Shown here piece after piece: positions 29,447 to 39,948 of a stretch of 64,000 bases of DNA. Both the position numbers and the translations under genes were made by a program. The notes beneath the pieces were generated by a model that saw nothing but the letters and a program-made list of their open reading frames with translations, was not told where the DNA came from and did not search any database. Origin of the DNA: Bacteriovoracia bacterium. GTDB lineage: Bacteria > Bdellovibrionota > UBA1018 > CAIPTA01. Numbering within the stretch: the first letter of the stretch is position 1; each line of letters starts with the position of its first letter. The stretch spans positions 608,001-672,000 of the forward strand of contig JBFWVL010000001.1 of assembly GCA_050246755.1 (NCBI GenBank). The letters are read 5' to 3'.

Positions 29447-30175
29447 TCAGCTGGCGTGGGGACGCTTGGCTACCAGCAAAAGCGCGGTGTCGAAAACACG
29501 GGGATTACGCTCGGAAGCGCCTCGCTCTAACAGGTAGATAACTCGCACGCAGAAAAACCAGGCCTTCCGCGCCAGCTGCCATATTCCGCGTTTTATCCCC
29601 TTACGGGGAAGCTCTACGCTGCCTAAATGCTCTATCTCAAATCCGGAGAGCCGGCATAAATCCCGGAGAGCCACGTCGGTGAAAAAGCTTTTCATGAAAG
29701 GGTCCTGCACGTAATCGGTGAGGCCGCAGAATCCCGCCGCGTTGGGAACCGTGAGCAGCAGAGTACCGCCGGGCTTCAGTGTTTTCCGTAAAGCGGAAAA
29801 CCAATCGAGCATGCGCTCCCGTTCGAAATACACGGCCACGGTTAAGCAAGCAACAAAATCAAAACAATCGTGCTGCCGCGCCAAGAACAAAAAAGGGTCT
29901 TCGTCTCCACTCACCGGCGCGCCGGACTGCGCTTGGGCAAATGCCGCGCAACGTGAATCAGGATCGAATCCGCGACAATCCGAAAATTCACGTTTCCGCA
30001 GATAACGCAGGAAAGTCCCGTATCCACAGCCGAAATCCAGAATGCGGGCGCTATGCGTAGACGGCAACCACCGGGAAAAATTTTTTTGATAAACCGGAAA
30101 CATCAAGGATTCGTCATGCGCGAGCAGAGCCGCGTCCGGAGGCTGACCCACGAAAAACAACGTTTCTTTTGCCAT
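29447..30175 (-). CDS. Class I SAM methyltransferase
   Basis: ILDFGCGYG and LKPGGTLLLTVPN. Confidence 0.9.
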   Translation of the reverse strand: MAKETLFFVGQPPDAALLAHDESLMFPVYQKNFSRWLPSTHSARILDFGCGYGTFLRYLRKREFSDCRGFDPDSRCAAFAQAQSGAPVSGDEDPFLFLARQHDCFDFVACLTVAVYFERERMLDWFSALRKTLKPGGTLLLTVPNAAGFCGLTDYVQDPFMKSFFTDVALRDLCRLSGFEIEHLGSVELPRKGIKRGIWQLARKAWFFCVRVIYLLERGASERNPRVFDTALLLVAKRPHAS

Positions 30176-30240
30176 CGAGAAAGTCTAACGCCGCGAGAGC
30201 AAGGTTGTATAGAAGGGAGGCGGGGATTATTCTAACAAGA

Positions 30241-31707
30241 GTGAAACAAAAAATCCGGCCACTCCTGGTATTAGAGATCAACGAGCTTCCTTGGCGCATG
30301 ATCGATCACTTCTGTGACCGGCCGGAATTTCCCCATCTGCGTAAGTTTTTTTCCGGGTCGAGATCCTTTACCACCATGGCCGAAGAAGAAGGCGAGCTCT
30401 CTCCGTGGATTACGTGGCCGAGCCTGCATCGCGGGATGAATGGCGGCGAGCACCAAGTGCGGTTTCTCGGGCAAGATCCCAAAACTTTCATGGGCACGCC
30501 GATTTGGGAAGAATACCGCCGTCGTGGAGAATCCATTGGCATTTGTGGTTCACTGCAGAGCTGGCCACCGCTCGATCCAGGCCCCGGAGGATTTTATATC
30601 CCCGACACTTTCGCCCGCGATCCGCGCTGCGTCCCGACCAGCGTCAGCGGATTTCAGGCCATCAATCTTCGGCTCACCGGAGAGAATGGCCGGGTGGTGC
30701 GCTCGTCCCTCCCTCTGCGGGAAATTTTTCGTGCGGCGCTCGCGGCGCCTTTATGGGGAATCCGCCCGGCCACCGTGCTGGCTGTGTTTCACCAGCTCAT
30801 CCTGGAAAGATTGGATTCCGCGCGGATCGCCCGCCGCCCGGTATTTCAAGCGCGTCTCCAGTGGGATATCTTCAAAAAGCTCTACCGCGGAAAGAATCCT
30901 CCTCCTTACGCGGCCTTCTTCACCAACCACTCGGCCAATATCATGCATCGCTACTGGAGCCATGTTTTCCCTGAAGATTTTCCGGAAAATAACCGGCCCC
31001 AAGACCATGCGCACGCCGCCACGATGGACTACGCCATGGCCACCATCGACGGTATCCTGGCCGAGGCGATGGCACTGCAGGAAAAAAATCCTGAGTTGAT
31101 TTTAGCTTTCGCCACCAGCATGGGCCAGCAGGCGGTGCTCTGGAAAGGTTACGAGGGAATTTCCACGATTGTAACCGATGCCGCCCGGCTAATCGGCGCG
31201 CTTTGCCCCGAAATCGCTCCCTCACTATTTTCCCAGTCCCTGGCGATGGTTCCCCAGATCACCGTGGATATTTCTGATTCGATTCAACGCGCGCGTTTGA
31301 AATCAGCCCTGGAAACCGCCCAAACCGCTTCGGGTGCGCGCCTGTTTTTCTTCGAGGAAAAAGGCACGCAACTCAGCATCTCCATCCGCACGCCGGCATC
31401 GCTCGACGTTCAGGCCGGTGGCTTTCATGCCGGGACGGAGAAAAAATTCTTAAGCTGGTCTCACGCGGGCATCGAGGTAGCTAGGCCCGGTCCCGCCTCG
31501 GCCTATCATATCCCGGAGGGAGTATTGGCCCTATATGGCGCCGGTATAACCAGTGACAATGACCGGGCCCGGCTGCCGCTGCGTCAGGTAAAAAGTTTGC
31601 TGCTGGAAATTTCGGGCTTAGGCACGCAGATCACATCGCAATGCAGCCCGGGAGAAATACAATCAGGCGTAAGCGCACGCCCGGTGGAAGCTTCCGTCAC
31701 CTCGTAG
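30241..31707 (+). CDS. Alkaline-phosphatase-superfamily-like protein of polysaccharide loci
   Basis: LEINE, PWITWPSLHRG, FTNH..MHRYW, TSMGQ and YHIPEG. The fold assignment is inferred. Confidence 0.65.
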   Translation: MKQKIRPLLVLEINELPWRMIDHFCDRPEFPHLRKFFSGSRSFTTMAEEEGELSPWITWPSLHRGMNGGEHQVRFLGQDPKTFMGTPIWEEYRRRGESIGICGSLQSWPPLDPGPGGFYIPDTFARDPRCVPTSVSGFQAINLRLTGENGRVVRSSLPLREIFRAALAAPLWGIRPATVLAVFHQLILERLDSARIARRPVFQARLQWDIFKKLYRGKNPPPYAAFFTNHSANIMHRYWSHVFPEDFPENNRPQDHAHAATMDYAMATIDGILAEAMALQEKNPELILAFATSMGQQAVLWKGYEGISTIVTDAARLIGALCPEIAPSLFSQSLAMVPQITVDISDSIQRARLKSALETAQTASGARLFFFEEKGTQLSISIRTPASLDVQAGGFHAGTEKKFLSWSHAGIEVARPGPASAYHIPEGVLALYGAGITSDNDRARLPLRQVKSLLLEISGLGTQITSQCSPGEIQSGVSARPVEASVTS

Positions 31708-33947
31708 TTCCACTCATGAAATAAATTAAGCAATGCCTGCGAAGAGCTGCCCTGCGCACGCAAGTTGGCCTCACTGAGCTCCACGAATAATCTCGGCCGC
31801 TGCCGCAGGATGAAAGCCTCGCCACCCCTTAAAACTTTTTCCTCAAAGCCTTCCACATCGATCTTCACCAGTTTCACGCCTTCGAGTCCCGTACGGCCTA
31901 CGTATTCGTCCAATCGAAGGGCTTCCACTTCCACCGACGGAAAATCCAGCGCCGGCTCGGTCAGGATACGGTTCCCCGCGGGATTACGCTCGCTTACCCG
32001 GTGCAAAAGATATTTTCGGGACTCATCCGAGAGGGCATAGGGCTCTAAGTGCACATTGGCCGCGCCATTGAGCTCCACATTGCGGCGGCACTTTTCTCGC
32101 ATGCGCGGATCCGGCTCAAAGGCCACCACGCGGCCGCCGCTTCCCACGCGCCTTGCTAGGTGGAGAGATGTCTCACCGATATTTGCGCCCACGTCGATCA
32201 CGGCGTCGCCCCGTGCGGCCAAGCGATATAGCTGATTCTTAGCGCCTTCCATTTTTCCGTAGTATATGTGCCAGTCCAGAAAATCACCGAGGTCGAGTTC
32301 GTAGGAAAAGCCCTCGCGGCGTACCGAGCGGCGGCATAAGTTCGGGTATTGATAATGATTGGGCGCGGCCTTCACCACCCAGTTTGGCACCCAAGGGAGC
32401 GCGCAGAAACGAGCGAGCAGAGAATCCAACCCGGTGAGCAAAATTAGGGCGCGGCCGGCATTCAATATTTTCGTTTTTCGGCCCTCACCATAAGAGTATT
32501 TCCTATCGGAAGCCACTCCTTCGCTTGCCCGCGCGAAGAATAGCCACACGCCCACGCTTCCACAAACCACGCAGAGCAGGGCCTGGCTCCAGCCGTACGC
32601 CGGGGCCGATAAATAGAAGATCGCCGGCAGGAGCGCTAGCGCCGCGAAACAGGCCAGCAGTGGCCAAAAAAATTCCGGCAACGCTGGGCGCCGCACCACA
32701 AAAATTCCCAGCGAATAGACGGCTAAAAAAATACTGAGCGCGCAGTAGGTGACCGTAACCGCCACCGCACCGAGCACCGGAAACAGCAGAAGCGGCAGGA
32801 CCACGGAAAGCCCGTAAAAAAAACACCAGGCCAGAGCGTAGGGCCTAAACCGCCCAGACCCCAACAGTACTGCGAGCCCCGGTTGCGCCAGGAGAAAGAA
32901 AAAATCTCCGAGCAGCTGCCAGCCTAGAAAACTTCCCGCATGCAAAAAATCGCGGCTGAAGAAAATCATCAGCACCAGAGAGGGCGCAAAAAGAATTCCC
33001 GCTTGAAATAGCACCGCCAACCCAGCAGTTACGGTAAGCGACTCCGCCCAGGCCGCATGGAGTTCTTTGGGTTCGGTGTCCTTTCCCGCTAAAGGATAAA
33101 GGCCGGCCCAAATGCCATTCATGATTAACTGAGAATAGAGGCCCGAGATCACGCACGCCGCTTGGTAGGCGCCATTCATATCGGCGCCGAAATGGGCCAG
33201 CAGCTTCATCCTAATCAGCATTCCCGCCAAATACGCGAATGTGCTGGTGGCGCTCGTGGCCACGCTGGAAGAGGCCAGCTCCCGGACTACCGCGTGCGAC
33301 CAACCGAAGGAAAGCATGTTCCGCGCAGTTTCCACTTTCAGGCACTGCCGAAATACGCAAATCGCCCAGATAAAAGTAGCGAAACCCGTGGCCCAAAAGG
33401 CCCCGGCCACTCCCCAGAAATAAATTCCCGCCGCGAAGACCACCACTTCCACCAAGGCACCCGCGGCATTCGCACGCGACCAATCGTCGTAGTGTCCGTG
33501 CGCGAAGAGAATTCCTTGGAAGTAGGCTCCGATCATTACCTGAAAAGGTACGGCTAGCAGCGCGGCGATCACCAAGCGCGGCTCCGATTCACCAAAAATT
33601 TGGAACCCTAGCCAGTGCCGGAAAGCAATTACCACGACGGCCAATAGGAGATTGGCGCCACAAAGCAAAGTAAAAGAAGTGGCCAATACTTCCTTCCTTC
33701 TCGATGAGCCTAAGGCGAGGCCATAGCTTCGGATGAAACCGGCGCTGATGGACAAAGATCCCCAGGTGAGCCCGAGCAGCTGCAACTGGCCGCCTATACC
33801 GATAAGCCCTACGCCCGAGGCGCCCAAAAAAAGAGCGGCCATTTTTGTTTTGGCAAAACCAGAAAAAATCCTCGCCACCGTCCCGAATCCCATTACGAGA
33901 TTGGCGCGCAGCGAAGGGAACGATCCTAAGAGTTTACGAAAATTCAT
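31584..33947 (-). CDS. Wzx-type flippase fused to an FkbM-family methyltransferase
   Basis: About 480 aa of multi-TM sequence (KTKMAALFLGASGVG, LLGDFF) followed in frame by IDVGANIG, AFEP and KIDVEGFE. Confidence 0.85.
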   Translation of the reverse strand: MNFRKLLGSFPSLRANLVMGFGTVARIFSGFAKTKMAALFLGASGVGLIGIGGQLQLLGLTWGSLSISAGFIRSYGLALGSSRRKEVLATSFTLLCGANLLLAVVVIAFRHWLGFQIFGESEPRLVIAALLAVPFQVMIGAYFQGILFAHGHYDDWSRANAAGALVEVVVFAAGIYFWGVAGAFWATGFATFIWAICVFRQCLKVETARNMLSFGWSHAVVRELASSSVATSATSTFAYLAGMLIRMKLLAHFGADMNGAYQAACVISGLYSQLIMNGIWAGLYPLAGKDTEPKELHAAWAESLTVTAGLAVLFQAGILFAPSLVLMIFFSRDFLHAGSFLGWQLLGDFFFLLAQPGLAVLLGSGRFRPYALAWCFFYGLSVVLPLLLFPVLGAVAVTVTYCALSIFLAVYSLGIFVVRRPALPEFFWPLLACFAALALLPAIFYLSAPAYGWSQALLCVVCGSVGVWLFFARASEGVASDRKYSYGEGRKTKILNAGRALILLTGLDSLLARFCALPWVPNWVVKAAPNHYQYPNLCRRSVRREGFSYELDLGDFLDWHIYYGKMEGAKNQLYRLAARGDAVIDVGANIGETSLHLARRVGSGGRVVAFEPDPRMREKCRRNVELNGAANVHLEPYALSDESRKYLLHRVSERNPAGNRILTEPALDFPSVEVEALRLDEYVGRTGLEGVKLVKIDVEGFEEKVLRGGEAFILRQRPRLFVELSEANLRAQGSSSQALLNLFHEWNYEVTEASTGRALTPDCISPGLHCDVICVPKPEISSSKLFT

Positions 33948-35059
33948 CGGTAGAGCTCCCGCAATCCGTCCACCATTTTTTCCATGGAAAAAAGACTACG
34001 TGCCTCAACCGCGCCGGCAGCGGCTAAGCGCCTGGCCTCTTCTGGACTCCGCAGCAAGCGTAGTATCCCCGCCCCGATGGCCGCGGCATCGCGAAATGGA
34101 ACGGTGAGCGTATTTTCCCGGTCGCGCAGAACCTCCGGCGCCACTCCCGAAAGCGTGGTCACCGAGGGTACCGAGCTGAGCAGAGCTTCGATGTATACCT
34201 GCCCGAATGCTTCGCTCACGCGATCGACCGGCACGTGCACGAAAACATCAAAGCTTCGCATCAGGGCCGGAGAGTCGCTTTCGAAGGCGATTTCACGGTA
34301 AGCATACGGCGGTAATTTCCGCAATGCGTGCTGGATCTCCGCGCGCCCAGCCCCCTGGCCGGCATTCGCCAGAACTAGGCAAGCTTCGGGGAATTCCCGC
34401 AATACTTCCGCAAAAGCCTCGATCACGTAGGGCACGCCTTTAATGGGAACATAGCGGGAGATCACCCCCACCACCGGGGCCTTCGCGGCGTAGCCATATT
34501 TATTTTTTACGGCCGAAATGCGCGCGGCGCTTACGCCGGCGAACTCGCTCGGCTCGAATCCTAAGTGCACAACCTTGATTTTCTGCTTCTCTACTTTTTC
34601 TTTCTGGATCAAATACTCTTCCACATTGCGGCACGTAGCCACGATCTTGGTGGAAAGGCCGTTGGCCAAAAAATCATATCCTTTGGCGTACCATGGTCCT
34701 AGCTCATGCGGATTGGAATGATGGCGGGTATAGATCCGGTTCGGCACCCGCATTACCCATGCAGCAACTAAACCCGCCAGATTCGCCGCCAGCAAATGCG
34801 TATGCACGGTGCCCGGCCGAAGCTGCCGAAATATTTTCAGCAGCGAAAAAAAAGCGGAAAAAATATCGGCACGTCCGGCATAGGGAACTATCCGCACTTC
34901 CGCCCCTAGGCCGCGCAGCTGCTCTTCGAGCTTGCCAGGACCGGAATTCATCAGCACGAACACGATTCGCCAGCTTTCCCCTGTGGCCTTGGCCGCCAGC
35001 CAGGCGAATCCCGGCGCGTCTTGCACTTCCGAAATAACGTAGACCACCGTAGTACTCAC
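33944..35059 (-). CDS. Glycosyltransferase family 4
   Basis: VHTHL, SRYVPIKG and EAFGQVYIEAL. Confidence 0.92.
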   Translation of the reverse strand: MSTTVVYVISEVQDAPGFAWLAAKATGESWRIVFVLMNSGPGKLEEQLRGLGAEVRIVPYAGRADIFSAFFSLLKIFRQLRPGTVHTHLLAANLAGLVAAWVMRVPNRIYTRHHSNPHELGPWYAKGYDFLANGLSTKIVATCRNVEEYLIQKEKVEKQKIKVVHLGFEPSEFAGVSAARISAVKNKYGYAAKAPVVGVISRYVPIKGVPYVIEAFAEVLREFPEACLVLANAGQGAGRAEIQHALRKLPPYAYREIAFESDSPALMRSFDVFVHVPVDRVSEAFGQVYIEALLSSVPSVTTLSGVAPEVLRDRENTLTVPFRDAAAIGAGILRLLRSPEEARRLAAAGAVEARSLFSMEKMVDGLRELYR

Positions 35060-36168
35060 GGCCGCTCCTCCATCCGGAATACGCGCTCGAACACGGAAAG
35101 ATAAATAGGCTGGTTCGCCTGCACCGAATAAAGCTGTTCCACCCGGCTCCTGGCTTCCTCCCCCAGGCGCTTCCGCAGGGGCGCGTTGCGCAGCAGTTCC
35201 CTAAGTGTCGCGAGCCATTCTTCCTCGGTCTTTACTAGAAAACCCGAGCGTCCGTTTTCGATCACCCGGAAATTGGCGCCGATCGCGGTAGCGACCGTGG
35301 GAATTCCGAGGGCCATGTATTGCAGAGCCTTGAGACCACTCTTTCCCAATACCCATTCTTCCTCGGGTAACGGATAGACTCCGATATCGATTTCCTGAAG
35401 CTCGCTCACCTCGGACGCTTCCGTCCACTTCCGGCACTTCACCTCTACTCCGGGAATCACGAACTCCTCGGTGCCGATCACCTTAACTACGAATCGGTCG
35501 GTCAAGGCCAGCTTCTGAAAAACTCCCTCGAGCAGCTTAAGGTAGGGAACCGTACTGTGGCTCCCGCTCCAGCCGATCACCAAGGGGTGATCGTTCAGAT
35601 AGCGATTCACCGGACGATAGGCGTCGGTGCGGATGGTAGACGAAATATCCGTGGTGCGATCGTTGAACATCCGCACGTGGGCATCTAGGTAAGGGGTGCA
35701 GGTGATCACGTGATCAGCTTTTTCCATTAAGAAGGAATATTTGCGGGGATTTTTCCAGCGCGCGGCCACTCTATTCACCTGCGAGCTCGGGCCGAGGTAT
35801 ACTAGATCGTCGATATCATAGATCAAGCGCCGGGAAAGGCGGCGGAAAAGGCTTTCGAGCCCGGCGCCGCCAAACGGAGCGGCGTGCAGAAAAATATAAG
35901 TTCCGTCGAAAAATGGCGTGCGGAAAAGGTCAAAAATGCGGCGAAGGTAACCGCCGAGCACGCCAGCGGCCTTACGCACATAGTTCCCGCGCTGGTAGAG
36001 AATCTTCCAGGTGCCCTGCGAAAAAAATGGGGATACGGTGATCGAATATCCTTGTGCCCGCAGAAAATCGAAGTACTGCTCGTATTTCAGCCGCTGCCCC
36101 GGGGCTACGCCTTCGGGGTAAGGACAAAGCAATAGAATTTGTTTTTTCTTTCGCTTCAGGGAAAGCAA
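35056..36168 (-). CDS. Glycosyltransferase family 4
   Basis: IYDIDD, IGWSGS, DIGVYPL and GKSGLKALQYMA. Confidence 0.92.
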   Translation of the reverse strand: MLSLKRKKKQILLLCPYPEGVAPGQRLKYEQYFDFLRAQGYSITVSPFFSQGTWKILYQRGNYVRKAAGVLGGYLRRIFDLFRTPFFDGTYIFLHAAPFGGAGLESLFRRLSRRLIYDIDDLVYLGPSSQVNRVAARWKNPRKYSFLMEKADHVITCTPYLDAHVRMFNDRTTDISSTIRTDAYRPVNRYLNDHPLVIGWSGSHSTVPYLKLLEGVFQKLALTDRFVVKVIGTEEFVIPGVEVKCRKWTEASEVSELQEIDIGVYPLPEEEWVLGKSGLKALQYMALGIPTVATAIGANFRVIENGRSGFLVKTEEEWLATLRELLRNAPLRKRLGEEARSRVEQLYSVQANQPIYLSVFERVFRMEERP

Positions 36169-37877
36169 GCAAGGACCTCGGCTTTCAGTAAATTGGCATC
36201 GGGCAAAAATAGGTGCAACGGATCAAAAAGAAGAGGCTGGACTGTACCGCCACGCCCAAGCACGTTCCAAATCTCATCGTCCGTGAGGCCGACCTCTCGC
36301 GCCACGAAGCGCATTGCGGCCAGCAGGCTTTCGTGGCTTCCCTTCTCGTAAAGCGCCCTATGTTTCAGCGGCACCACCGCGCCGTTTTTTACGGTATAGT
36401 CGAAACCTTCTTGCTGGTTGAAACCAATTGCGCCCGATAAACGGAGCGCGCCGGCCGCTTTTCGGGCCGCGCCTTTCCAGGAAGGCGGCAATCGGCGTAA
36501 GCGGTTTAATCGGTAGGGCCGATCCTTGCTCCATAGCGCGTAAGTAACGGAAAGCGCCGAAGGATAGAAAACCAGATGCGGCACCTGCGAATCCACGAAC
36601 TCGATTTTCCCTAACTCGTTCGTATAGATCTGGCTGATCTTCAGCCCCCGCTCCTCCCGATCAAAAAGAATCGACTCGTACCCCGGGCCATAAGCCGCCA
36701 GCGAGGTGAGCAGCAGGTTTCCATGGTGGTGGATGCTTTGATGAGAAATATCGGTGCGCCCATCGGGCCGGGGGATCCAAATATTCGCCACCAAGGTGAA
36801 AGCCGGATCCTCGATCATCGGAATCGCCACCACTGGGTTGATGCGTTCGCCCCGGCGAAATTCCGCCGAAAGCACGAACTTTTTCAGCAAGCCGCGTAAT
36901 ACGCTGGCGTCCGCGCCGAGCTGGGCTAATACCGGCCTCGCCAACACGTGCGCCCGTCGGTAGTCGGGTCCAGAAAATATTTTCCGCAGAGCGCTTCGTG
37001 CTTCATCTAATTTTTTTTCTAGGTCCGACCCGGCGGACCCGGAAAAAATCCGGGAGGTAAATTCGCCCAAGCGGTTCTCGTGGATCAAAATATAATTCCC
37101 GTCCCGGTAATCCGCGCCTCGCTGCTCCACCAAAAGTTTTTTGTCGGTATCGTAGGAGAAAGTACGGTAGCCCAGATCCGCGATCAGCCCGTGCAGGCTC
37201 TCGGGCGTGATTTTAAATCCCGCAAGAAAAAGCGGGCATATCTCCATCAGCACCACCGGCTGATCCCTGCCCAGCAAAGCTGCCATGCCCTTCAGCGCAA
37301 AATACTCGGCCCCTTCAATATCAATCTTTATGAAGGCCACGCGTGCGATCCGCTCACGCCATTCCGCGCTGTCCAGCGCCGCCACCTGACACCTCACCTT
37401 CACGCTTTTTTTGAAGCTGTAGTGAGAATCCATGCCCGAGTTATCGCGGCCGGAAATATGCGCCTGTCCCGCGCTCGGAGTGCCTACGTCTTGGAGGGGC
37501 AGCTCGAATTCCACGATTCCATTTCGCTCGCCTACTCCCACAGAGTGTAGCTCCACGTTCTTCAGCCGGAGCTTGTGCACGATCGCCGCCAAATCGGCGG
37601 CGGTGCTAGGAATCGGCTCAAAGGCATGCACTTTACCGGAACCACAAAGGGCCGATAAACGGCTGGTGTAGTATCCGAAATTTGCGCCGATATCGAGCAC
37701 GTGATCTCCGCTGCGCACGAACCATGGCAAAATCGCCATCTCGGGCTCTTCCACTAGGCGGTACCTGATATCTCGTAGCTTGGCACGCCGGTGAAACCAA
37801 CTGTAGCCGCGGCCGCCGAGCATTTTTTTTATGACCGGTTTCAGTACCCGGCGCGTAACAGAATTTACCGAGGCCAT
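36156..37877 (-). CDS. FkbM-family methyltransferase fused to a His-rich, cupin-like C-terminal domain
   Basis: LDIGANFG, AFEP and KIDIEGAE, then about 290 extra aa with HQSIHHHG and a later PH. Confidence 0.85.
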   Translation of the reverse strand: MASVNSVTRRVLKPVIKKMLGGRGYSWFHRRAKLRDIRYRLVEEPEMAILPWFVRSGDHVLDIGANFGYYTSRLSALCGSGKVHAFEPIPSTAADLAAIVHKLRLKNVELHSVGVGERNGIVEFELPLQDVGTPSAGQAHISGRDNSGMDSHYSFKKSVKVRCQVAALDSAEWRERIARVAFIKIDIEGAEYFALKGMAALLGRDQPVVLMEICPLFLAGFKITPESLHGLIADLGYRTFSYDTDKKLLVEQRGADYRDGNYILIHENRLGEFTSRIFSGSAGSDLEKKLDEARSALRKIFSGPDYRRAHVLARPVLAQLGADASVLRGLLKKFVLSAEFRRGERINPVVAIPMIEDPAFTLVANIWIPRPDGRTDISHQSIHHHGNLLLTSLAAYGPGYESILFDREERGLKISQIYTNELGKIEFVDSQVPHLVFYPSALSVTYALWSKDRPYRLNRLRRLPPSWKGAARKAAGALRLSGAIGFNQQEGFDYTVKNGAVVPLKHRALYEKGSHESLLAAMRFVAREVGLTDDEIWNVLGRGGTVQPLLFDPLHLFLPDANLLKAEVLACFP

Positions 37878-39115
37878 CGGCTTTCCCCTTTCTGGCCCTT
37901 ACCGGGCGATAAAAAATCGTAGATTTCCGCATAGCCGGCCAAGGCGCGGCCCAGCGAGAATTCCTTTTCGGCCACCGCCCGTATCGCCGCACCGTCGATG
38001 GCTAGCAAATCCGGGATTCTTTCTGCGGCACGCTGAAGTTCCGAAGCGGAAAAATCTTTCACTAGGTGGCCTAAATCGTGATCAGCAAAAATGCGAGATT
38101 GGTCGCCGATTCCGTGATTCGCGATCACCGGAACTCCGGCCGCCATGAATTCCCCTAGCTTGGTGGCCGAAGAAGATATTTTCGAATAGCAGGGACGAAT
38201 AAAAAATATTCCCACATCCACCATCGATAGCAGCCCGGGCACCTCCCGTCGGTCGGCCGCCACCACGACGATAGCGGAGGCCGCTACTTCGCACTTGGCC
38301 GCGGCCGCCAGGATCAGCTTGGGAGCATCCGGGGTAATAAGGAGAAATTTCGCCGTCGGAGTCCGAGCTTGAATTTTCTGGAAGAGGCTCATCATTTCTT
38401 CAATGCAATACCAGGTGCCCACGGAACCCAAGTACCCGCAAACTAAACCACTATCCTTCAATGCAACCTTTACCTGCGGCGCGCCGGAAGAATTTTCCGT
38501 TTTTGCAAACAACCCGATCTCCACGCAACAGGGAATCACCCAGAGGCGCTCTTCGAGACGGGATTCCCTAATTCCCCTCCAAGAAAGCATTTCTTCGCGC
38601 GCGGCCTCGGTGAGACAAACGACGGCGTCGGCCCGCAGGAGAAGATTTCTCTCTAGCCGCTTAAAGAGCCGAAAAATAAATCGGTAGGCGGGTTTCCGCA
38701 TATTCCAGAGGCCCCCGTCTACGCGCTCGTCCGCCCAAAATCCGCGCATATCGAAAATCAACTTGGTGCGGCTGATTCGCTTCAAGGCCAGCCCTACCAC
38801 GGCCGGCACATAGCTACGCACGTGCACGGCCTCAAAACTCCCGGCCCGCCATGCGCAAAAGGCCATCCGCCAGATATCCCATACGGTGGAGAGAACCGGC
38901 GGGCGCTTATGATACCAGAGACGCTGCCAAGCGATTCCCTTCGAGGCGAGCTCCGCGTTCACCGCTGCTCCTCGCTTCGAAAAATTTTCCCGCTTTTCGC
39001 AGCTCAATACGGTAATGCGATGCCCGGCCGCAGCCAACCCGTAGATATAGGGAAGAATCTGGGAAGCCCCTAGGTTATCCGTTAACCCATCGTAGGTAAT
39101 ATATAGGCATTTCAT
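37865..39115 (-). CDS. Glycosyltransferase family 4
   Basis: HVRSY, FDMRGFWADE, YLGSVGTWY and TKLGEFMAAG. Confidence 0.92.
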   Translation of the reverse strand: MKCLYITYDGLTDNLGASQILPYIYGLAAAGHRITVLSCEKRENFSKRGAAVNAELASKGIAWQRLWYHKRPPVLSTVWDIWRMAFCAWRAGSFEAVHVRSYVPAVVGLALKRISRTKLIFDMRGFWADERVDGGLWNMRKPAYRFIFRLFKRLERNLLLRADAVVCLTEAAREEMLSWRGIRESRLEERLWVIPCCVEIGLFAKTENSSGAPQVKVALKDSGLVCGYLGSVGTWYCIEEMMSLFQKIQARTPTAKFLLITPDAPKLILAAAAKCEVAASAIVVVAADRREVPGLLSMVDVGIFFIRPCYSKISSSATKLGEFMAAGVPVIANHGIGDQSRIFADHDLGHLVKDFSASELQRAAERIPDLLAIDGAAIRAVAEKEFSLGRALAGYAEIYDFLSPGKGQKGESRWPR

Positions 39116-39948
39116 CGCGCTGTTTTTCTTGCGGTAAGCGTCCAGTGAGGCTGGGCGTCGGAAAATCTAACGTCTTCAAAGCCGGCGGCCTTCATCATGC
39201 GGATGATTTGTTGCCGGGAAAATCGCTGCTCGAGCTTCGTGCCGAAGCGATCAAGCGCGTCGGTACGCATTACGTAAAAAGATTTATCGCCGTAGTAGCG
39301 CAATGGCCAATGCGGGATGGCGCCGCCTTTTATTCTTTCCGCCAAGGCACCGCCGCGGGCCATAGGCCAGTAGACCACCGCCGCTAAAAACTCGCAGGCG
39401 GCGAATCTCGATCGGCGCGGCAGGCGGCAAATAAGCCGTCGCAAAAGATCCGTGATGCGCCAAACAGCGCGGAAATACCAAGGGCGATTTTCAAAGTTAT
39501 AATAAAGGTAAAGCAGTACCGGTGCCCGGTCGCGCATTTTCCTCGCTAGCTCTACGAGCGCCGCCTGGGTATCAGGAACGTGATGCAGAACTCCCAGCGA
39601 ATACGCAAAATCTAGCGACTCATCGGCAAGGGGCAGGCGCCCGGCATCTCCCTGAATAATTTGCACATTAGAATGCGCCCGCAAATTTCTCTCCGCTACT
39701 TGGAGGGCGCCGGCGCTCGCATCGATCGCCCACAGCGCGCCCACCTTCGGCGCCACGCAGGCCGCCCAGCGCCCGGATCCGCAGCCAATATCTGCCCCAA
39801 TGGCTTCCTTATGCAGTACTTCGCTTGGCAGCAGAGAGAAATAGTCATGGAAAATCGCGCACCGTTCTTCCGGAACTAAATGCGATTGATTGAACCTAAT
39901 CCACTCTTCCCCAAAGCCTTGTACGGTGCGTTCGTCGATATTGCTCAT
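39112..39948 (-). CDS. Class I SAM methyltransferase
   Basis: DIGCGSGRW and YSLGVLHH. Confidence 0.92.
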   Translation of the reverse strand: MSNIDERTVQGFGEEWIRFNQSHLVPEERCAIFHDYFSLLPSEVLHKEAIGADIGCGSGRWAACVAPKVGALWAIDASAGALQVAERNLRAHSNVQIIQGDAGRLPLADESLDFAYSLGVLHHVPDTQAALVELARKMRDRAPVLLYLYYNFENRPWYFRAVWRITDLLRRLICRLPRRSRFAACEFLAAVVYWPMARGGALAERIKGGAIPHWPLRYYGDKSFYVMRTDALDRFGTKLEQRFSRQQIIRMMKAAGFEDVRFSDAQPHWTLTARKTAR

